Positions 33,238 to 45,937 of a stretch of 64,000 nucleotides of DNA are shown piece by piece; within the stretch, counting starts at the first letter, position 1; every line of letters begins with the position of its first letter. The position numbers and the translations under genes were made by a program. Origin of the DNA: Verrucomicrobiota bacterium. GTDB lineage: Bacteria > Verrucomicrobiota > Verrucomicrobiia > Opitutales > Coraliomargaritaceae. The stretch covers positions 1 through 64,000 of the forward strand of contig JBCBZJ010000017.1 of assembly GCA_039815375.1 (NCBI GenBank). Reading direction: 5' to 3'. The notes under the pieces were generated by a model. That model ran no database searches and had not been told where the DNA came from. It saw only the letters and a list, made by a program, of their open reading frames with translations.

Positions 33238-34239
33238 ATGCCAAAGCGCTTAGGAAAATTTGAACTTCCCAACCGTCTGGTAAAAGTCGAAGAGACTGCT
33301 ACCGACACCTTTGCAACCTTCCAAGCCGAGCCATTTGAGACCGGTTATGGACACACTATCGGCAACTCCCTCCGTCGGGTGCTTCTCAGCTCCATCGAGG
33401 GTGCTGCGATCTCTTCTATCAAGATTGATGGCGTGCAGCACGAGTTCCAGAGTATCGAAGGTATCCTCGAAGACGTAACCGACATCGTTCTTAACCTCAA
33501 GAAGGTGCTTCTCGTTTCCGAGTCACGCGACACCGCGACACTAGTCATCGATGTGAATCGCGATGGTGTCGTGACAGCCGCTGACATTCAGGAAGATACC
33601 AACTTCAAGGTCATCAACCCAGAACAGGTGATTTGCACGCTCGACAAGAAGCAGCGTTTCCTTGCCGAACTCGAAGTTCGTGTCGGCCGTGGCTACTGCG
33701 CAGGTGAAGATAACAAGAAGCCGGAACAAGCTATCGGCGTCATTGCAATCGATTCACTCTTTAGCCCGGTCAAGCTCGTAAAGTATTCTGTTGAGAATAC
33801 ACGTGTTGGCCAGGAAATGGACTATGATAAGCTCATCCTTGAGGTCACTACCGATGGTCGTATTACACCGGACGATGCTCTCAAGCAAAGCGCTGCTATC
33901 CTGAAGCACCACCTCGACGTATTCGACGAAGTTTCTCAAGACGAGATCGAGTTCGAGAGCGAAAGCAAGGAAATCAGTGAAGAGCAAAATCGCCTCCGCA
34001 AGCTTCTCAATATGAGTGTAAACGAAATCGAACTTTCTGTTCGTGCGGCAAACTGTCTCAACAACGCAAACATTACTACGGTTGGTGAACTTGCGATGAA
34101 GTCTGAGCAGGAAATGCTTAAATACCGCAATTTCGGTAAGAAGTCTCTCAACGAAATTAAGGATAAACTCGAACAACTCGGTCTCTCGCTCGGCATGAAG
34201 ATCGATGAGCGTCTCCTCGACAAGGGCGCCGAACTTTAA
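33238..34239 (+). CDS. rpoA: RNA polymerase subunit alpha
   Basis: GNSLRRVLLSS, LSVRAANCL, NFGKKSLNEI. Confidence 0.99.
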   Translation: MPKRLGKFELPNRLVKVEETATDTFATFQAEPFETGYGHTIGNSLRRVLLSSIEGAAISSIKIDGVQHEFQSIEGILEDVTDIVLNLKKVLLVSESRDTATLVIDVNRDGVVTAADIQEDTNFKVINPEQVICTLDKKQRFLAELEVRVGRGYCAGEDNKKPEQAIGVIAIDSLFSPVKLVKYSVENTRVGQEMDYDKLILEVTTDGRITPDDALKQSAAILKHHLDVFDEVSQDEIEFESESKEISEEQNRLRKLLNMSVNEIELSVRAANCLNNANITTVGELAMKSEQEMLKYRNFGKKSLNEIKDKLEQLGLSLGMKIDERLLDKGAEL

Positions 34240-34273
34240 TCAGCAAAGTATACGCTAGAAAGACATTTAGATA

Positions 34274-34861
34274 ATGCGTCACGGCAAAAAAAGACACAAA
34301 CTCGGCGTATCCGGTCCGCACCGCTCTGCAATGATGGGTAACCTCTCGGTCGCTCTCATAACTCACGGTCGTATCGAAACCACCCTCGCCAAGGCCAAAG
34401 CCCTCCGTCCCTTCATCGAAAAGATCATCACCCTCGCGAAGAAAGCTGAAAAAGCTAATGACGCGGCCCGTAAGCTTCATTTTCGCCGTTTAGCGATTGC
34501 TCGCGTGCGTGATAAGAAGGCGGTTGCTCAACTCTTCGACGAGCGCGTCAGCGAATTCGTGGATCGTAGCGGTGGTTACACCCGCATCTACAAGCTCGGT
34601 CAACGTGTTGGCGATGCTGCAGAAATGGCACTGATTGAGCTGATCGATGGCAACGACGAAGGTTATGAGAAGCCTAAGAAGAGAACTGCGAAAAAAGCTG
34701 CGAAGAAGGTAGTCGCCAAGGAAGAAGCACCAGCTGAAGAAGCTGAAGCTGCAACCGAAGAGGCCCCTGTTAGCACTGAGACAGTCGAACCTGTTGAAGA
34801 AACTCTAGCCGAGGAAACACTTGAAAAGGAATCCACCGAAGAGGAAAAAAAGGACGCTTAG
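34274..34861 (+). CDS. rplQ: 50S ribosomal protein L17 with Lys/Glu-rich tail
   Basis: MRHG, IETTLAKAK, GGYTRI. Confidence 0.98.
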   Translation: MRHGKKRHKLGVSGPHRSAMMGNLSVALITHGRIETTLAKAKALRPFIEKIITLAKKAEKANDAARKLHFRRLAIARVRDKKAVAQLFDERVSEFVDRSGGYTRIYKLGQRVGDAAEMALIELIDGNDEGYEKPKKRTAKKAAKKVVAKEEAPAEEAEAATEEAPVSTETVEPVEETLAEETLEKESTEEEKKDA

Positions 34862-34881
34862 TTCTCTATTGATATATTTTC

Positions 34882-34913
34882 AAAAAGCGCATCCTGATGG
34901 ATGCGCTTTTTTT
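34882..34913. terminator. Bidirectional intrinsic terminator
   Basis: aaaaagcgcatcc-tgat-ggatgcgcttttttt between convergent genes. Confidence 0.9.
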
Positions 34914-34917
34914 GTGC

Positions 34918-35877
34918 CTAGTTCCTCGAAGCTTCTTGAATAAAATCCAAGGTTTTTCGCTCCGACCAATAGAGTTTGTCTTTCTCGAACTGAATAAATC
35001 CAAGATGGCCGCCATACTTTGGTGTCTCCAGGAACAGCTTTGGATTAGAATCGGCCAGCTCGTGCGGGTAGCAAAGGGGTGAAAGAAAAGGATCGTCTTC
35101 TGCGTTTATCAGTAGGCTCGGAATCGATATATGCCCTAGAAACTGACGGCAGCTCGACGTTTCCCAATACTCTTCAGCACCAGAAAATCCGTGTATGGGT
35201 CCTGTGTAAACATCATCAAATTCCGCGAAGGTCCTCATTTTATCCAGACCTAGGTCTTCGATCTCTTTCGGAAATCGAAGTATCTTTTCACGGACTTTTT
35301 CTCGTAGCATCTTCATGAAACGATGCATGTAGATTCGGTTTTGAAGTGCTTCGAGGCGGTGTGCGCTAGTCTTCAGATCGCAGGGCACGCTCAGTGCTAC
35401 TGCTGCGCAGATTCTTTTGTCTACCGAACTTCTCCGTTCGCCTATGTATTTAAGAGTTAAATTGCCACCCAGGCTAAAGCCAATGAGTGCAACCTGAGCA
35501 TCTGGAGCTCTTTGCCATAGGTGATTGAGAACGATGTCCAATTCGTCGGTGGCACCACTGTGGTAGCTTTGAAGCTTTCGATTTGGCTCGCCGCTGCAGC
35601 CACGGAAATTCCATGCCAGAACACTCCAGCCGTTTGCTACCAGAGCTTTCGCCATACCTTGGCAGTAAGCACTCCGAGAGTTGCTCTCAAGGCCGTGCGT
35701 TAATAGAGCTACACGATCGGGAACTTCGTGGGTCGACCAATCCAAGTCGAGAAAATCACCATCCGAAGTGTCTAGTCGTTCTCTCGTTCTCGTAATTAGA
35801 GGGACTCGACGGAATAGTGTCGGATAGATGGTTTGAAGGTGAGGATTTTTAAAACCTAATGGTGGCCTGTAGTCCAC
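34918..35877 (-). CDS. YheT-family alpha/beta hydrolase
   Basis: HLQTI, HGLE, GFSLGGN nucleophile elbow, DDPF, GGHLGF. Confidence 0.9.
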   Translation of the reverse strand: MDYRPPLGFKNPHLQTIYPTLFRRVPLITRTRERLDTSDGDFLDLDWSTHEVPDRVALLTHGLESNSRSAYCQGMAKALVANGWSVLAWNFRGCSGEPNRKLQSYHSGATDELDIVLNHLWQRAPDAQVALIGFSLGGNLTLKYIGERRSSVDKRICAAVALSVPCDLKTSAHRLEALQNRIYMHRFMKMLREKVREKILRFPKEIEDLGLDKMRTFAEFDDVYTGPIHGFSGAEEYWETSSCRQFLGHISIPSLLINAEDDPFLSPLCYPHELADSNPKLFLETPKYGGHLGFIQFEKDKLYWSERKTLDFIQEASRN

Positions 35878-35892
35878 AGCCTTTAGAAATGT

Positions 35893-37746
<1,854 letters not shown>

Positions 37747-37893
37747 TTTTTCTGTATTTTATTGTGTTCTGGGTCGTGGTTATCATGTGAATAGAAATAT
37801 GTTCCACACACAAGTCTAAGAGCTTGTATCTTTCTAAAGGAGTTGCCTGGGCCACAAGTTTTTACGCATGGAGCGATGGCCAGTTCTGCTGGC

Positions 37894-38742
37894 TTATTTT
37901 CGGCCAGCGTGAACTCTCAAAAGCTTTTTTCCGAAAACGGGGTAGCGTGCAAGAATACCACTGAAAGGCCCACTTTCCATGATGAAACAGGAAGTCTCTG
38001 TCAGGGCCGTTACAGTTGCAGAGCAGGGCTTCTTTGTCAGTAAAGAGCCCTCGCCAAAGCAAGCACCCGGGCCGAGCTCTGCGATCTGGTTACCGCTTTT
38101 GTTGATTCCGACAACTCCCTCTTCAATGAGGAAGAAAGTGGTGCCTTCGGCACCTTCACAGATCAGCACCTCATCCTTGGCATAGGTCTTCCTGATCAAA
38201 ATTTGTGCTAGATCATTGATAAAGTCGCTGCTTGCACCAGCTAGAAAGGGAGCATTCTCAAGCAAATTACGTTCGATCGAGTTTTTGATCCCTTCAGCGC
38301 GCCGTTGGGAGTGAAGTTCCTTCAAGCGGAAACGGACCTTAAGATACTTTTCTGTGAGGCCGGAAAAGGAGTCACGCTTGAGTTGAAACAAAGTGGCCTC
38401 TTCAGTCGCTGTGATCGTTGCCCCGCGAACCTCATCGGTCAGCAGGGCACCTTCACCGAAACATCCACCGACACCAAGATCGGCAATATCCTCACCCTTA
38501 CTGCTGACACGAACGGAACCCTTTACGACGAGAAAAAAGCTGTCGCCGATGTCCCCTTCCTTGAAAATTACTTCATGTTTACCGTAATCAACCGACTCAA
38601 TCGCCTCAGCTAAATCCGAGATGAGCTTGTAGTCCGCGCCTTCCAGAAAGGGAACCCTGGACAGAAGAACAGTTTCCACCTGTTCTTCGATGGCTTTCCT
38701 ACGCTTCGAATCACGAGCTGACCCAATGAGCTTCTTGAACAT
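37894..38742 (-). CDS. Tandem cyclic-nucleotide-binding domain protein
   Basis: Two CNB repeats: FGEGALL...RGATI and FGEGSLL...CSATV. Confidence 0.9.
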   Translation of the reverse strand: MFKKLIGSARDSKRRKAIEEQVETVLLSRVPFLEGADYKLISDLAEAIESVDYGKHEVIFKEGDIGDSFFLVVKGSVRVSSKGEDIADLGVGGCFGEGALLTDEVRGATITATEEATLFQLKRDSFSGLTEKYLKVRFRLKELHSQRRAEGIKNSIERNLLENAPFLAGASSDFINDLAQILIRKTYAKDEVLICEGAEGTTFFLIEEGVVGINKSGNQIAELGPGACFGEGSLLTKKPCSATVTALTETSCFIMESGPFSGILARYPVFGKKLLRVHAGRK

Positions 38743-38842
38743 AGTACTGATACTATAGCCTTTTTCTAGGCTTAGGCAATAGCGTGTTGCTCCCCTTTAG
38801 TCCCATGTTTTTTTTGGAATTGGAGTGCTTTGTGATCGAGAC

Positions 38843-39736
38843 CTACTTTGTAAGTGGTTCGCCCATGTTCATCAACGGGAGTGGAGCAGGGGACTCGCCG
38901 TTAAGGAAATAGACTTTTGAGGAATCGTCCTTGGAAATCTCTTTTAGAGCCTCAAGAGCCTGAAGTTGGACATAAGCTGGATTACTGGCGATGGCTTCGT
39001 TGAGTTTTTCGATTTCGTAGGCCTGAGCATCGGCAAGAACCCGCCTTTGTTCAGCTGTTAGTTCGGCGGCTTCTCGTTTGGCCTGAGCTTCAGCAATTAT
39101 CTGCTGCTGTTCGGTGCGGAAGCGTTCGAGCTCGGCTTTTTGTTTTTCTACTTCTTGTTCACGCTCCTTCTTCGACTCGATTGCCCGGGTAATGAAAGGA
39201 GGTAAGCTGATATCGCGGATTAAGATATCCAAACAGATAATACCGCGTGGTTCCAGGTATTCGCGCATCGTTTCGAAAATGGCTTGTTGCAGGTTCTCCT
39301 GCGTTTCCTGAAGGAAGAAGTCTTCGGCTCGAACAATGCTCTTACCTTGTTCGCGAACGGCAGAGCGGAGCTTTGGCTGAATCTGGACACGGATAGCATC
39401 CTCGAAGGTGCCGGTTTCCTGAAGCATCCGCGGTGCATCTGCGCCGTTAATTCGAAATTTGATACTCACGTCGACAGACGTGGTGAGCTGGTCCTGGCTC
39501 GGGACGCCTGCAGTTTCTTTCAGTTCCTTTTCACGAATGTCATAGAAGGTGAATTCGTAGAGTGGGTTAACGGGGATGTGTAAGCCTTCGGCATAAGGCT
39601 TTTCCCGGACCTCACCGAAGAGTGTGGCGACCGCGACATGACCCGCGGGAACACTGACGAAAAAGCGACTGGCAGCGAGAAGTGCTATTGCCAAGACAAT
39701 GATAAAAATGGTGGCTAAGACGGTTTGCTTGTTCAT
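38843..39736 (-). CDS. SPFH/prohibitin (Band 7) family protein
   Basis: N-terminal TM, VPAGHVAV...GLH, RAIESK followed by a coiled coil. Confidence 0.9.
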   Translation of the reverse strand: MNKQTVLATIFIIVLAIALLAASRFFVSVPAGHVAVATLFGEVREKPYAEGLHIPVNPLYEFTFYDIREKELKETAGVPSQDQLTTSVDVSIKFRINGADAPRMLQETGTFEDAIRVQIQPKLRSAVREQGKSIVRAEDFFLQETQENLQQAIFETMREYLEPRGIICLDILIRDISLPPFITRAIESKKEREQEVEKQKAELERFRTEQQQIIAEAQAKREAAELTAEQRRVLADAQAYEIEKLNEAIASNPAYVQLQALEALKEISKDDSSKVYFLNGESPAPLPLMNMGEPLTK

Positions 39737-39796
39737 GGCTGTAGGCATAGCTTCTTTTCCTTTGCTGTCACCTGAAAATGGCGCATTCCTGATGGA

Positions 39797-40822
39797 ATGA
39801 TTCAGAATGCAGCCCATGCGCGTGAGCGTTTAGAAGCTGAGGCGAAAAGCCTTGGTTTCCATGCATTCGGTGTGACTACAGTTCCGGTCGATTTGCGGCG
39901 AGAATACTACCAAAAATGGATTGCCGCCGGTCAGCACGGGACCATGGGCTGGATGGAGCGCAACAACGACCGCCGCCTTCATCCTGACAAGCTTATTGAA
40001 GAGGCGCGTAGTGTCATTGTGGTAGCAATGAACTACTACCAGCCGGATCCCGAACGCCCCTACCGGATCGCGAAATATGCTCTAGGGGATGATTATCATA
40101 ACTTGATTTTGAGGCGTTTGAAGAAGTTGTGTCGTTTATTACGCGATGAGTTTGGCAGTTCGCAACGCCCGTATGTAGATACCGGGCCAATGCTTGAGAA
40201 GCCGATTGCAGCGGCTGCCGGCATTGGCTGGCAAGGGAAGAGCACGATTCTGGTCGAACCCAAACGAGGCACTTGGTCTTTTCTTGGCAATATTGTGACG
40301 ACGATTGAGCTGCCGACGGACCAGCCCGGCAAAGATCGTTGTGGCAGCTGCACTCGTTGCATTGATGTCTGTCCGACCCGGGCGATCACTGCGCCTTATC
40401 AACTCGATGCGCGAAAGTGTATCTCTTATCTTACGATTGAGCACGATGGCTCCATTCCTGAGGAATTTCGTAAGGCTATCGGTGACCGTTTGTATGGATG
40501 TGATGAATGCTTGGATGTTTGCCCCTGGAACAAGTGGGCCCTCCGCAACGGTGAAGCTAAGTTTGCCGTTCGCGAACTGCCACTGTTGAGGGAAATGCTT
40601 CTTTGGGATCAATCTACTTTTTCAGAACGTATGCGGGGCTCCCCTATGCGACGTTTGAAGCTACATCGGTTTAAGCGTAACATTTGTGTAGTATTGGGTA
40701 ATGTGGGTAAGGAAGAAGATGTTGAATCATTGCAGTATTTGCTTTCGTCGGATGATGCGATGTTGGTGGAACACGCGGATTGGGCGATATGCCAAATTCG
40801 ACGGCGTTTACCTATGTCATGA
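39797..40822 (+). CDS. queG: Epoxyqueuosine reductase
   Basis: YALGDDYH, VDTGPMLEK, CGSCTRCIDVCPT, GCDECLDVCPWN. Confidence 0.95.
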   Translation: MIQNAAHARERLEAEAKSLGFHAFGVTTVPVDLRREYYQKWIAAGQHGTMGWMERNNDRRLHPDKLIEEARSVIVVAMNYYQPDPERPYRIAKYALGDDYHNLILRRLKKLCRLLRDEFGSSQRPYVDTGPMLEKPIAAAAGIGWQGKSTILVEPKRGTWSFLGNIVTTIELPTDQPGKDRCGSCTRCIDVCPTRAITAPYQLDARKCISYLTIEHDGSIPEEFRKAIGDRLYGCDECLDVCPWNKWALRNGEAKFAVRELPLLREMLLWDQSTFSERMRGSPMRRLKLHRFKRNICVVLGNVGKEEDVESLQYLLSSDDAMLVEHADWAICQIRRRLPMS

Positions 40823-40923
40823 ATTTATGTTAGGATATTTATCCTAACTCTATTTAGTAGTGATATTTTTATATTTGATAAGATTGCATTATATTGATAT
40901 CTAGCGTTATTCCTTACGGTATT

Positions 40924-42060
40924 ATGAAGATATCCCAATCGCTTTATTACCCCTCACTGCCGACTAAATGGAAAGAACTCTATACGGGTCCGGCTTCTGA
41001 AGATGCAGAATTGGTATTTGCATTCGGACTTCGTCAGATTCTTGAGGCTGCAGAAACGTATGAATCCTTGAGCAAACGTTATCCAAATGCGTTTATTGCG
41101 ATGGCTTCTACCTCTGGCAATCTTGCAGATCAGGTCCTAATGGATGATGCGGTTGTCTGCACCGCCATTGTATTTGATCACGCGAGTTGTAAGTGTGCCT
41201 CAGTCGACCTGAATGAAGGATTTGATGTTGCTGAGGTTTGCAAAGGGCTTATTCAGGCAGTAAGAACTGATTCGTTGAAACATATTTTTGTTTTGTCTGA
41301 TGGAGGCACTGTCAACGGCACGACCTTGAGCGAGTCATTGAATCGGTTGCTTCCGGCAGATGTTACCTTGAGTGGAGGCCTTGCAGGAGATGGGACGGAT
41401 TTCTCCAAAACTGTTGTTGGTCTGAATCAGGTTCCAACTGCAGGAAGTATTGTTGCAATTGGTTTCTCGGGCGAATCGCTGGAAGTTGGGTTTGGCAGTT
41501 CCGGTGGTTGGTCCGTATTCGGCCCTGAGCGTGTTGTCACAAGGTCTTCCGGAAATGTTCTTTTTGAATTGGACGGTCAGCCGGCACTGAAGCTTTATAA
41601 GACTTACTTAGGTGACCAAGCTGAGCAATTGCCTGCTTCGGCCTTACGTTTCCCTCTCTGTGTCCAACCGGATGATGGTCAGAGTTCAGTTGTCAGGACG
41701 ATATTGTCGATCGATGAGGAGCATGACTCAATGACCTTCGCAGGTGATATACCCGCTGGTGCTTCGGTTCATTTTATGCGGGCCTCCTATGAGGATCTGA
41801 TCGATGGTGCCGATGCTGCTGCGGTGCAGGCTAGAAAGCATGATGAGGAACTTGTAATGTGCGTTAGTTGTGTAGGGCGACGTATCGTACTGGGCCAGAG
41901 AACAGAAGAAGAGCTTGAGTGTGTCCGTGAAACATTCGGCTCGTTTCCGGTTATTGCGGGATTCTATTCCTACGGGGAGTTGGCGCCAACCGGCGATGAA
42001 CAGGCTTGTCAGTTACATAACCAGACAATGACGATTACCTCTTTCCGGGAGATTTCTTAG
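40924..42060 (+). CDS. FIST-domain sensor (NosP-like)
   Basis: GGLAGD, ELDGQPAL, SCVGRR, GFYSYGE, LHNQTMT. Confidence 0.9.
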   Translation: MKISQSLYYPSLPTKWKELYTGPASEDAELVFAFGLRQILEAAETYESLSKRYPNAFIAMASTSGNLADQVLMDDAVVCTAIVFDHASCKCASVDLNEGFDVAEVCKGLIQAVRTDSLKHIFVLSDGGTVNGTTLSESLNRLLPADVTLSGGLAGDGTDFSKTVVGLNQVPTAGSIVAIGFSGESLEVGFGSSGGWSVFGPERVVTRSSGNVLFELDGQPALKLYKTYLGDQAEQLPASALRFPLCVQPDDGQSSVVRTILSIDEEHDSMTFAGDIPAGASVHFMRASYEDLIDGADAAAVQARKHDEELVMCVSCVGRRIVLGQRTEEELECVRETFGSFPVIAGFYSYGELAPTGDEQACQLHNQTMTITSFREIS

Positions 42061-42063
42061 TCT

Positions 42064-44013
42064 ATGGCGCTCCACCCTCTTCTTGCACGCCAGTTGCGGC
42101 GCGCCTTCGGCTCTGCCGATGATTTGCCGGAAAAGTCGAGAGGTTTTGTAGAATTGGTCGGCCAGGCCTATGAGCAATTTGATAGTGACCGAAAGCTTAT
42201 CGATAACGCTATGCGGCAGAGCTCGATCGAACTAACCGATGCGAATCGCTTGTTGCGTGAAGAGAACGACGCGAAGGTCGATATCTTTGATCGCTTGTTA
42301 GAGACGCTCAAGATACTGGACGCGAATGAGCATGATAGTTCATTTAGCTTGAAGGATATTGTCGGTACAATTGAGCGTCTGGTGAAGGAGCGACAGGAAA
42401 CAGTTTCGGAACTAAGGCTTGCTAAGCGTGAAGCTGAATCGGCAAGTCGCGCAAAGAGTGAGTTTTTGGCTAATATGAGCCATGAGATTCGTACCCCGCT
42501 GAACTCGATTGTCGGCATGGTCAGTCTGTTGGGCGAGACACCATTGGAGAAGGAGCAGCTAGAGTTTGTGAATACTATTCAGCAAAGCAGTGACGCGTTG
42601 ATTAATACGATCAGCGATATCCTTGATTTTTCCAAGATCGAGGCAGGCGAGATGATGATTGAATCAATCCCTACTGACGTGACCATGCTTTGCGAGCAGG
42701 TTGTCGACATGTTTCTTGGGCAGGCCCGATCGAAGTCGCTTGATCTAGCACTGTACATTTCGCCCGAACTTCCGGATGGCGTGCTTTCGGACCCGACGCG
42801 CATAAGGCAGATTCTGACAAACTTGATTGGTAATGGCGTGAAGTTTACCAAGCAGGGAGGGGTCGCGTTGATCGTAGATGCAGAGCGCGATGGTGATGGT
42901 TGGCGTATTGATTTTGTCGTTGAAGATACAGGTATTGGTATCCCGGAGGATCATTCGAAGCATATCTTCAACTCATTCAGCCAAGTGGATTCATCTACGA
43001 CTCGAAAGTATGGTGGCACTGGCCTTGGATTGGCGATCACGGAACGTCTTGTTCAATGCCTTGGCGGTCAAATAGGTGTGGAGAGCACCTTAAATGAGGG
43101 TGCATCATTTCATTTTAACATTCATGCTGGTAGTTTGCAACCGATCGAAAATGGTCGAATAACTCAATGCGTCATTTTGAATGACCTGAGAATCTTGATT
43201 GTTGATGATGAGCCTCTGAGTGGACGGATATTGAGTGCGCAGCTGCAAAGCTGGGGGCTGGAATCGACTGTTTGTGATGGTGCCAAGAATGCAATCGCTC
43301 ATCTCAAGAAAGATATGGCCTATGATTTCATTCTCATGGATTTCAATATGCCTGAGATGAATGGTGCTGAACTGGCAATAGAGCTGAAGCGTCTGATGGG
43401 CGACAGCCTTCCTAGGATTGTACTGCTTACCTCGCGCGGAGTTGAGCCTGACGTTGCTGGCGAGATAATCAGCCGGCGTATTGCCAAGCCCATCAAACCG
43501 AACGAATTAAAGTTATGCATATCGGAGCTTCTAAACACGAATGACTCTGTTCATGAAAATCAAGTTAACTCAGATACGAGCAATCCATGGTCCGGTCAGA
43601 TGAGTCAGGACTTTGCCAGATCTTCCCCAATGAGTATACTCATTGCGGAAGATGTAGCGGTTAATCGAAAAGTCATCGAACTCTATTTGTCGCGTTTGGG
43701 TTATACCTGCACCACTGTAAATTCAGGTATAGATGCGGTAGAGATGTTTCATTCTGATACATTTGATCTGGTCTTTATGGACATGCAGATGCCCGAAATG
43801 AGTGGATTAGAAGCAAGTCGTCTGATTACAGAATCTACCAAGTTTGGAAAATCACCTTACATTATCGCTCTCACGGCCAATGTATTTTCGGAGCAAAGGG
43901 AGGCTGCGGAGGAGGCAGGTATGAAAGATTATCTAACAAAACCATTGCGCCCACTGGTCTTAATGCAGGCCTTGAAGAAGGCCTATAAAGTGATCAGTTC
44001 GTCTTCATCTTAA
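42064..44013 (+). CDS. Hybrid histidine kinase with two receiver domains
   Basis: [15 protein letters not shown]-box, GGTGLGL, two REC domains. Confidence 0.95.
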   Translation: MALHPLLARQLRRAFGSADDLPEKSRGFVELVGQAYEQFDSDRKLIDNAMRQSSIELTDANRLLREENDAKVDIFDRLLETLKILDANEHDSSFSLKDIVGTIERLVKERQETVSELRLAKREAESASRAKSEFLANMSHEIRTPLNSIVGMVSLLGETPLEKEQLEFVNTIQQSSDALINTISDILDFSKIEAGEMMIESIPTDVTMLCEQVVDMFLGQARSKSLDLALYISPELPDGVLSDPTRIRQILTNLIGNGVKFTKQGGVALIVDAERDGDGWRIDFVVEDTGIGIPEDHSKHIFNSFSQVDSSTTRKYGGTGLGLAITERLVQCLGGQIGVESTLNEGASFHFNIHAGSLQPIENGRITQCVILNDLRILIVDDEPLSGRILSAQLQSWGLESTVCDGAKNAIAHLKKDMAYDFILMDFNMPEMNGAELAIELKRLMGDSLPRIVLLTSRGVEPDVAGEIISRRIAKPIKPNELKLCISELLNTNDSVHENQVNSDTSNPWSGQMSQDFARSSPMSILIAEDVAVNRKVIELYLSRLGYTCTTVNSGIDAVEMFHSDTFDLVFMDMQMPEMSGLEASRLITESTKFGKSPYIIALTANVFSEQREAAEEAGMKDYLTKPLRPLVLMQALKKAYKVISSSSS

Positions 44014-44899
44014 TCAGGGTTATTCCGACTAGGAGTATGAGAATGCAAAGTGCTTTGAGGCGAAAATTCTTCTCTTTGTATAGAGTGATACTACCGATAA
44101 AGGTTACGACTACCGCGGTTCGGCGAACTGGTGAGATGACTGAGATAAGGGCTTCTTCATGAGTTATAGCGGTAAAATACATGTAATCGGCGATTAAAAG
44201 GAGGATACCGATCAATGGGATCGACCAGCGCCAAACAAATCGCCCTCTCGGCCAGACACCTTTGAACCAGCCTATGTAGAAGGGGAGGATAACCAGGGCG
44301 AGGTAGATTGAGAACCAGGCTTGGACGGTGGCTGGTTTGAGACAAGCGTTCTGGAGCAAGTATTTATCGTAGATGGCACTACAGGCTCCGAGAAGTGTCG
44401 CGACAATCATATAGGCAACCCATTTGTTGCGGTGAAAGCGAATGCCCTCTAATTTGCCAACAAAGGAAAAGGCGTAGAAAGCCAGAAGCACGATGATGAC
44501 GCCCAACCATTGCCAAGTGTTTGGACGTTCGCTCATTACAAGAACCGCCAAGAGTATTGTCCAAAGCGGACTGGTTGCACGAATTGGAGCGGCTATTGAA
44601 AGCGGCAGATGTTTGACTGCAAAGTAACCAAACATCCACGAAGCACCGACCAGGCTGGACTTAGCGAAGAGTTGGATGTGCTCAAGTGGTCCTATGGAAT
44701 CGACTAGGAATTGAGCAGAGGGGTAGCTCATCGGCGCGTAGTATGACCATAGGACAAGAGGTAACCAGATAAGCGCGCTTGTGAGTGTGCCTAGAAATAG
44801 TACCGGCAGGACGGCGTTGTCTCTGAGGGAATGTTTCTTCGCAAGGTCATACAATCCAAGGAAGAATGCGGAGCAGATACTGAGAAAGACCCAGGACAT
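43994..44899 (-). CDS. EamA/DMT family transporter
   Basis: About 10 TM segments in two repeats. Confidence 0.85.
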   Translation of the reverse strand: MSWVFLSICSAFFLGLYDLAKKHSLRDNAVLPVLFLGTLTSALIWLPLVLWSYYAPMSYPSAQFLVDSIGPLEHIQLFAKSSLVGASWMFGYFAVKHLPLSIAAPIRATSPLWTILLAVLVMSERPNTWQWLGVIIVLLAFYAFSFVGKLEGIRFHRNKWVAYMIVATLLGACSAIYDKYLLQNACLKPATVQAWFSIYLALVILPFYIGWFKGVWPRGRFVWRWSIPLIGILLLIADYMYFTAITHEEALISVISPVRRTAVVVTFIGSITLYKEKNFRLKALCILILLVGITLIKMKTN

Positions 44900-45143
44900 C
44901 CTTCTCTAAGTCAAATCATGCAAACGCGGTTTCGAAATGAAGAAGGTCGGTGTATAGCTTTTCATAAATCAGTTGTTTCGCTGATTCGTTGTATTTAGGA
45001 GATGGGCTATCCAAGTAGGATTTCACAGTTGCTTCAGCTAGAAGAGGATGTCGCTACCTCTCCGATTCGCAGTCACTTGTTCTGTGCGTTCCTTCATTCG
45101 TTGGTTGGGTAGCTCGCTTCTAATCAACAACCCAGGCTTGATT

Positions 45144-45174
45144 AAAAAAAGCACAGGTTGGTGGCCTGTGCTTT
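45144..45174 (-). terminator. Intrinsic terminator
   Basis: aaagcacagg...cctgtgcttt stem with an A-run, giving a U-tract on the minus strand. Confidence 0.8.
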
Positions 45175-45196
45175 CGTAAGAGAGTTTATGGCTGGT

Positions 45197-45880
45197 TTAG
45201 CGCTGCTGTTGATACATTTGCATTCGCTGCTGCCATTGTCCCGCAAGCTCGCTGCTTGACACTTGAGCAGCATAGCTTTCGAACGTGGCGCGATCGCCAG
45301 AAACATCTGCCTCTACGGCGAGATGATAGGCGGCCTCAGCTCGGATGCTTTCAGGCAGTTTGATGTCAGCGGCAACCGAATTAAGCTGGCTCAGGCCTGC
45401 ATCTTTGTCGCCTTTATAAAATGTCGAAAAAGCAAGTCCTAGTCTTGAGCGTCCATTCAAAACGTCGTTTTCGAGGGCTTCAGCAGCGATTGCGTAGTAT
45501 TCTACTGCTTTATCAAAGTTGCCGCTTGTGTAGAACGTGTCACCAGCTGCAAGTGCGGCAAGTCCGCCCAATGTCTTGTTGCTGTATTCCTTTGCGAAGA
45601 CTTCAAGCGCTTCGTTTGCCATCGCTTCCGCATAGGCCTCCTGGAGTTTGGCGTCGGAATGCTGTGCGTAAATGCGCATTCCATTCAGTCCGATAATGAC
45701 CAGAGCGATTACTGTGATGCAGCCCGAGATGAAGGCCTTATTCTCGACCCAGTACATGTGGATACGATCTTCAACTGAGATGTCCTCGGACTCTTCCGCA
45801 TCGATCAGATTGCGCTCATCGATCTGCTGATCCTCCGGAAGGGTTGGGTTCTTGATTTTGTTTTTCTGTGGGCGGTTCAT
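45197..45880 (-). CDS. YfgM-like membrane-anchored TPR protein
   Basis: WVENK followed by a single TM and a helical TPR-like region. Confidence 0.7.
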   Translation of the reverse strand: MNRPQKNKIKNPTLPEDQQIDERNLIDAEESEDISVEDRIHMYWVENKAFISGCITVIALVIIGLNGMRIYAQHSDAKLQEAYAEAMANEALEVFAKEYSNKTLGGLAALAAGDTFYTSGNFDKAVEYYAIAAEALENDVLNGRSRLGLAFSTFYKGDKDAGLSQLNSVAADIKLPESIRAEAAYHLAVEADVSGDRATFESYAAQVSSSELAGQWQQRMQMYQQQR

Positions 45881-45937
45881 TCTTGAGTGATGGTAAAGGT
45901 TTGAATGGTGTTACTTGGAATGAGCAAAACAGCTCTT

